Positions 59,101 to 64,000 of a stretch of 64,000 nucleotides of DNA are shown here, one piece after another (within the stretch, counting starts at the first letter, position 1; each line of letters starts with the position of its first letter). The notes under the pieces were generated by a model. That model was not told the DNA's origin. It saw nothing but the letters and a program-made list of their open reading frames with translations, and searched no databases. A program made the translations under genes and the position numbers. Source of the DNA: Macrostomum hystrix (taxonomy: Eukaryota; Animalia; Platyhelminthes); the NCBI GenBank assembly GCA_950097015.1, contig CATNEN010000034.1, positions 1,798,001-1,862,000 on the forward strand, written 5' to 3'.

Positions 59101-62100
59101 GATTCGCGTTTAGCGAAAAAAAATTATTTACTCATTTTTATCAACTCTTCCATGTCCTTCTTCCCTCTTCTCTCCCTCTTCTTCCCTCTTCACTCCCTCT
59201 TCTTCCCTCTTCCTCTCTTTCTCTCTCTTCTTCCCTCTTCCTCCCTCTTCCTCCCTCTTCCTCCCTCTTCTCTCCCTCTTCTCTCCCTCTTCTCTCCCTC
59301 TTCTCTCCCTCTTCCTCCCTCTTCCTTCCTCTTCCTCCCTCTTCTCTCCCTCTTCTCTCCATCTTCCTCCCTCTTCTCTCCCTCTTCTCTCCCTCTTCCT
59401 CCCTCTTCTCTCCCTCTTCTTCCCTCTTCACTCCCTCTTCTTCCCTCTTCCTCTCTTTCTCTCTCTTCTTCCCTCTTCCTCCCTCTTCCTCCCTCTTTCT
59501 CCTTCGTCTCTCCCTCTTCTTCCCTCTTCACTCCCTCTTCTTCCCTGTTCCTCTCTTTCTCTCTCTTCTTCCCTCTTCTCTCCCTCTTCCTCCCTCTTCT
59601 CTCCCTCTTCTCTCCCTCTTCTCTCCCTCTTCTCTCCCTCTTCTCTCCCTCTTCCTCCCTCTTCCTCCCTCTTCCTCCCTCTTCCTCCCTCTTCCTCCCT
59701 CTTCTCTCCCTCTTCTCTCCCTCTTCTCTCCCTCTTCTCTCCCTCTTCTCTCCTTCTTCTCTCCCTCTTCTCTCCCTCTTCTCTCCCTCTTCTCTCCCTC
59801 TTCTCTCCGTCTTCCTCCCTCTTCCTCCCTCTTCTCTCCTTCTTCTCTCCCTCTTCTCTCCCTCTTCTCTCCCTCTTCTCTCCCTCTTCCTCCCTCTTCC
59901 TCCCTCTTCCTCCCTCTTCCTCCCTCTTCCTCCCTCTTCTCTCCCTCTTCTCTCCCTCTTCCTCCCTCTTCTTTCATCTTTCTCATTATCCTGCCATCTT
60001 TCTCCCTGTTCTTCCCTTTATTTCCTTCATCTTTCTATCTCCCTCCTTTTTCCTCCCTCTCGTCTCCTTCATCATCCCTTCTCCTTGCCTATTATTAGCA
60101 TCATCCTTATCATTCCTTAAATAGGCCCTTCGCCCTGTTCCCGTACTCTATCCACCGTCCCTCGAGGCTCGATGTATTTGAGAAACAAATAGCTTGATAA
60201 GCGGGAGCTTGGCTGTGCTTTGCTCCATCGGGAGCTATCAATGTTTACCTCCCGCCCTGTATCTTGCGAAAGAAATTATCCAGCCGTTTTTCTGTTTAAC
60301 TTCCTTTTCTATGTGCGTCACTCTGGCTAACCAGGTGGCGTAGTAAGCGACTGCTAATTGCTCATTTTTTCCTAATATCTCCCGCCCAGGTGTACAACGG
60401 CTCGATTGAAGCTGTTGGCGAAAAGGAGAAGAGAAAATTTCCGCAGAATTTTTTCCCAGATGTGAGTAAAGTGACTTTTTTAGGTTGAGTTTTTTCATTT
60501 AGCGCGGCAATCAGTCCCTATATATCAATGTATATGAAACGCGAATTTGGTGTACATTAGAAGTTCATGTAAGAAATATTTCAATGTCCATTCAATGTAC
60601 ATCCGATTCGGTGAAAATTCATTGTAACTTAAATGTACATTCAGTGTCGCATTCTGTCTTCATCATATGTACACCCAAATGTACATTCGAGTATATACAG
60701 AGTGCATCGTATGTACATGCAATGTACATCTTGTTCAGATAAGAGTGGCAGTAAAGTATGCAATGTGCTTGCATATTTTATTGAAAGCAATTAAAGCTCA
60801 GCCATATTTACGGGAAATTCAAATAGTCAATGAGGATGAGTGAACAAATTAATCGTACATCCGAGCTAGAATATATTGTAGATATTACTTTCGTTTTTAT
60901 TCGTTACCTCTCATGCAGCAAGTTTGGTCACGCAAAGGATTCATGCGCACACGATGGCGGACAGGTGTTTTAACATTCGACCTAGTCAATGTGCACCTAT
61001 TTCACGACGCTTCAAATATTGACTGCCTGACTCAGGTGAGACAGCTTAGATTCTGTGGGATTTATGGGGATTAAGCACAGGTTTAGGTGAATTGATTTTG
61101 AGTATAGGCAACTAATATTTAGCTTCAGTTTAATACTCAAGCTATGTAGCTATAAGCCTTGCAGCTAAGTATACTAAGCTAAAATGTCTGAGCATAGCTG
61201 ACTCAATGTTTGAGTATAGCTTGCTTAATGTTGGAGTATAGCTGACTCAATGTTTGAGTATAGCTGACTCAATGTTTGAGCATAGCTGACTCAATGTTTG
61301 AGTATAGCTGACTCAATGTTTGAGCATAGCTGACTCAATGTTTGAGTATAGCTGACTCAATGTTTGAGTATAGCTGACTCAATGTTTGAGTATAGCTGAC
61401 TCAATGTTTGAGCATAGCTGACTCAATGTTTGAGTATAGCTGACTCAATGTTTGAGTATAGCTGACTCAATGTTTGAGTATAGCTGACTCAATATTTGAA
61501 CATAGCTAACTCAAGGACACAAGGTTGACTTTGATTTAGTCGTTGCTCACTGAAAGTCCGTCGCCGCCCGCTGGCACCCGAGTTCAGACGCCTTCTGTCT
61601 ACGCCAAGCACCGGAGAGACGCATTTTACTGGACTCTTGAGCAGCTAGCCGGAGGCCCAGCAGTGGCAAGCTCAAATGCGGCCTCATCGACTTTGGCGGC
61701 TGCCAAAGGTGGCTTGGAAGACGGCAAGCGGCCGCCGATGCACTTAACGGTGCCAACCTTTGTGTTTGGCGACTTCAACTTTCGACTTAACATGGAAGCC
61801 TACGTTCGGGTGCGTGAAGGGGGTCTTACAGTATTGATTCTGATTGCAAAATGGTGAATCTCATTGTGAGTGCTGTGAACCTGATTGTGAACAATGTGAA
61901 TCTAATTGTGAGTTTTGTGAATCTCATTGTGAACATTGTGAATCTCATTGTGAACATTGTGAATCTCATTGTGAACATTGTGAATCTCATTGTGAACAGT
62001 GTGAATCTCATTGTGAACAGTGTGAATCTCATTGTGAACAGTGTGAATCTCATTGTGAACAGTGTGAATCTCATTGTGAACAGTGGGAATCTCATTGTGA

Positions 62101-63901
62101 ACAGTGTGAATCTCATTGTGAACAGTGGGAATCTCATTGTGAACAGTGTGAATCTCATTGTGAGTGTCGTGAATCTGATTATGAAAATCGTGAATCTCAT
62201 TTCGAGTGTTGTGAATCTGATTGTAAACCGTGTGAATCTCATTGTAAACAGTGTGAATCTCATTGGGAACAGTGTGAATCTTATTGTGAACAGTGGGAAT
62301 CTCATTGTGAACAGTGGGAATCTCATTGTGAGTGTCGTGAATCTGATTATGAAAATCGTGAATCTCATTTTGAGTGTTGTGAATCTGATTGTAAACAGTG
62401 TGAATCTCATTGTGAACAGTGTGAATCTCATTGTGAAAAGCGTGAATCTCATTGTGAGTGTTGTGAATCTGATTATGAAAAGCGTGAATATCATTATGAG
62501 TGTTGTGAACCTGATTGTGAACAGTGTGAATCTGATTGTGAGTTTTGCGAACCTGATTGTGAACAGTGTGAATCTGATTGTGAGTGTTGTGAATCTGAAT
62601 ATGAAAAGCGTGAATCTCATTGAGATTGCTGTGAATCTGATTGTGAATAGAGTGAATCTGATTGTGAATCGTGTGAATTATGAGTGTTGTGAATCCTATT
62701 GTGAATGGGGTGAGTTCGATAATCAGAAGCAGGAGTCAGAATGTCATTGGCTGACATGAAAAGAGTGCTCCGATTACCCACGTTCTCCGCAGTCGGTGAC
62801 TCAAAAGTGTCGCCGTTCTGAGCACCGCGACAAATCTGGCCGCGTGAGTCGAGTCGACTATCACCATGGCAACGAGTGCGTCCTGTCGATCGGGAAGAAA
62901 CTGTTCGAGCGGGCCGGAGAGCAGGCCAACGAGTTCTACGAAAACAAGAACAACTGGGTGCGGCTCCATTCGCATTTTTAACAAAGAGGTCCCACTCTTG
63001 AGGTCGCGGGTTCGCGCTCTTTTTCTAGAAATATATGAATAAAATAATAGTCTTTTTCCTACTCGCTACAGCTTAATGAACTCGACTTCGAGCCGAGCAA
63101 CTTTGACGACTATCTATTCGAGTTTCCGGTCACATTTCCGCCGACATATCCGTTCAGCGAAGGCCCGTCAGAGTTTGAAGCCACACAGTACATGCCCACC
63201 CGACTGCCCGCCTGGTGCGATCGGATCCTCTGCTCGAGCGGCACCCGTCGGGTGATCCTCTGCCCGCCCGAGGATCCTACCCAGTACGGTGTGCTCGGCC
63301 TGCGTGAATGCATGGGAGATCACAAGCCGGTCTACCTGTACACACTGCTGTGCTTTGCCGCGTCAGCCGCGGGTGAGTTACCTGGCTGGCTCATGAGAAA
63401 ATTTTACTCAGAATTTCCCAAGTGACCAACCACCTCATTCCATCTAGCCAACCACCTCACTCCATCTAGCCAACCACCTCACTCCGTCTAGCCAACCACC
63501 TCACTCCATCTAGCCAACCACCTCACTCCATCTAGCCAACCACCTCAATCTAGCCAACCACCTCAATCTAGCCAACCACCTCACTCCATCTAGCCAACCA
63601 CCTCACTCCACCTGACCACGTTCACGATCGGATTGGCTAGTTTTCATATTTTTCTATAGTCAGGAGCCGGGTAAACCATCTATCGCAGTTTAGCTTAAGC
63701 TTAAATCTCTGCTAATTCCCTGCCTTCCCAGACTCGCACTGCCTAATGGAGAATGCGGACTTTCCGCCGCCACCCCTGCTCAGCCGACTGCTTGAACAGC
63801 CTGGCGTTCAGGTGAAAATGTCCGAACGCAACGGGGCAATCTATGCTCACGTCAGGCGTGACGGAGCGACAATCTGCATTTTCAAGGAAACCGCAGTTTA
63901 A
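50142..63901 (+). CDS. INPP5A: Type I inositol-1,4,5-trisphosphate 5-phosphatase (INPP5A-like), about 478 aa
   Basis: Exons are 50142-50204, 50896-50937, 51019-51119, 52769-52856, 54777-54872, 60390-60461, 60919-61035, 61588-61809, 62793-62957, 63072-63372 and a probable last exon 63732-63901, with consistent phases. Motifs are LLITANVGSLFDD, AIHCQEVGGKN, ARIFLDEDF, ALGSLYF, KFPQNFFP, WSRKGFMRTRW, FDLVNVHLFHDASN, FVFGDFNFRL, FPPTYPFSE, TRLPAWCDRIL and CMGDHKPV. The last exon is less certain. Confidence 0.92.
51835..52668. repeat. 21-bp minisatellite (CCCCAAATCCATGATTTCAAC)n in INPP5A intron 3
   Basis: About 40 units. Confidence 0.95.
53280..53915. repeat. GAGATTC-based degenerate array with a homogeneous 22-bp core (GAGATTCGATTGAGATTCGTAT)n
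   Basis: 11-bp subunits forming 22-bp dimers at about 53660-53825. Confidence 0.88.
54420..54605. repeat. (CTCTAT/CTCTGT)n hexamer tract
   Basis: Read directly. Confidence 0.9.
55285..55705. repeat. Polypyrimidine (TTCCCTCTTC-type) tract in INPP5A intron 5
   Basis: Read directly; related tract at 59158-59995. Confidence 0.88.
56140..56580. repeat. 20-bp minisatellite (CCCGTGCCTCCCCTCTCTCA)n
   Basis: About 21 units. Confidence 0.92.
57364..57940. repeat. 13-bp minisatellite (CCTCACCTGTCTC)n
   Basis: About 44 units. Confidence 0.94.
59158..59995. repeat. Polypyrimidine (CTCCCTCTT-type) tract in INPP5A intron 5
   Basis: Read directly. Confidence 0.9.
61192..61510. repeat. 22-bp minisatellite (ATAGCTGACTCAATGTTTGAGT)n
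   Basis: About 13-14 units. Confidence 0.92.
61852..62700. repeat. 21-bp minisatellite (GTGAATCTCATTGTGAACAGT)n
   Basis: About 40 degenerate units filling an INPP5A intron. Confidence 0.93.
63425..63612. repeat. 22-bp minisatellite (CCAACCACCTCACTCCATCTAG)n
   Basis: About 9 units, some shortened. Confidence 0.9.
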
Positions 63902-64000
63902 ACTCTGACGTAATCTATCCAAATAAGTTATTTGGACGTTATTTCGCCCAAAAGCATACGAGCGTAGACAGCATTAGCGTTACATGACTAGAAAAGCTTT

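Overview
Eukaryotic (animal) genomic DNA with GC-rich spliced exons, AT-rich intergenic sequence, and more than 30 minisatellite arrays (mostly unrelated units) covering roughly a third of the window. This style resembles the flatworm Macrostomum lignano; that is an inference and was not checked. Four host genes can be assembled by hand with consistent GT-AG phases. They are an ovo/shavenbaby C2H2 zinc-finger gene on the minus strand (8065-3709), a CLASP microtubule regulator on the plus strand (16500-30767; TOG2, S/R-rich SxIP region, TOG3 and CLIP-binding domain, with no TOG1 visible), a second ovo copy on the plus strand (40915-46066), and an INPP5A-type inositol polyphosphate 5-phosphatase on the plus strand (50142 to about 63901). 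The two ovo genes are the arms of a large inverted duplication (about 3.65-15.2 kb versus 35.3-46.1 kb) enclosing CLASP. The arms are a patchwork: intronic and upstream tracts that are nearly identical alternate with an unalignable exon 1, promoter, introns 1-2 and 3' UTR, and a strongly diverged exon 3. This suggests an old duplication undergoing recent gene conversion or flip-flop inversion, and it captures minisatellite birth and decay between the arms. A decayed PIF/Harbinger element with intact 31-bp TIRs lies at 1258-3002. No rRNA, tRNA or CRISPR array was found. All gene models and identity estimates were made by eye, without alignment tools.
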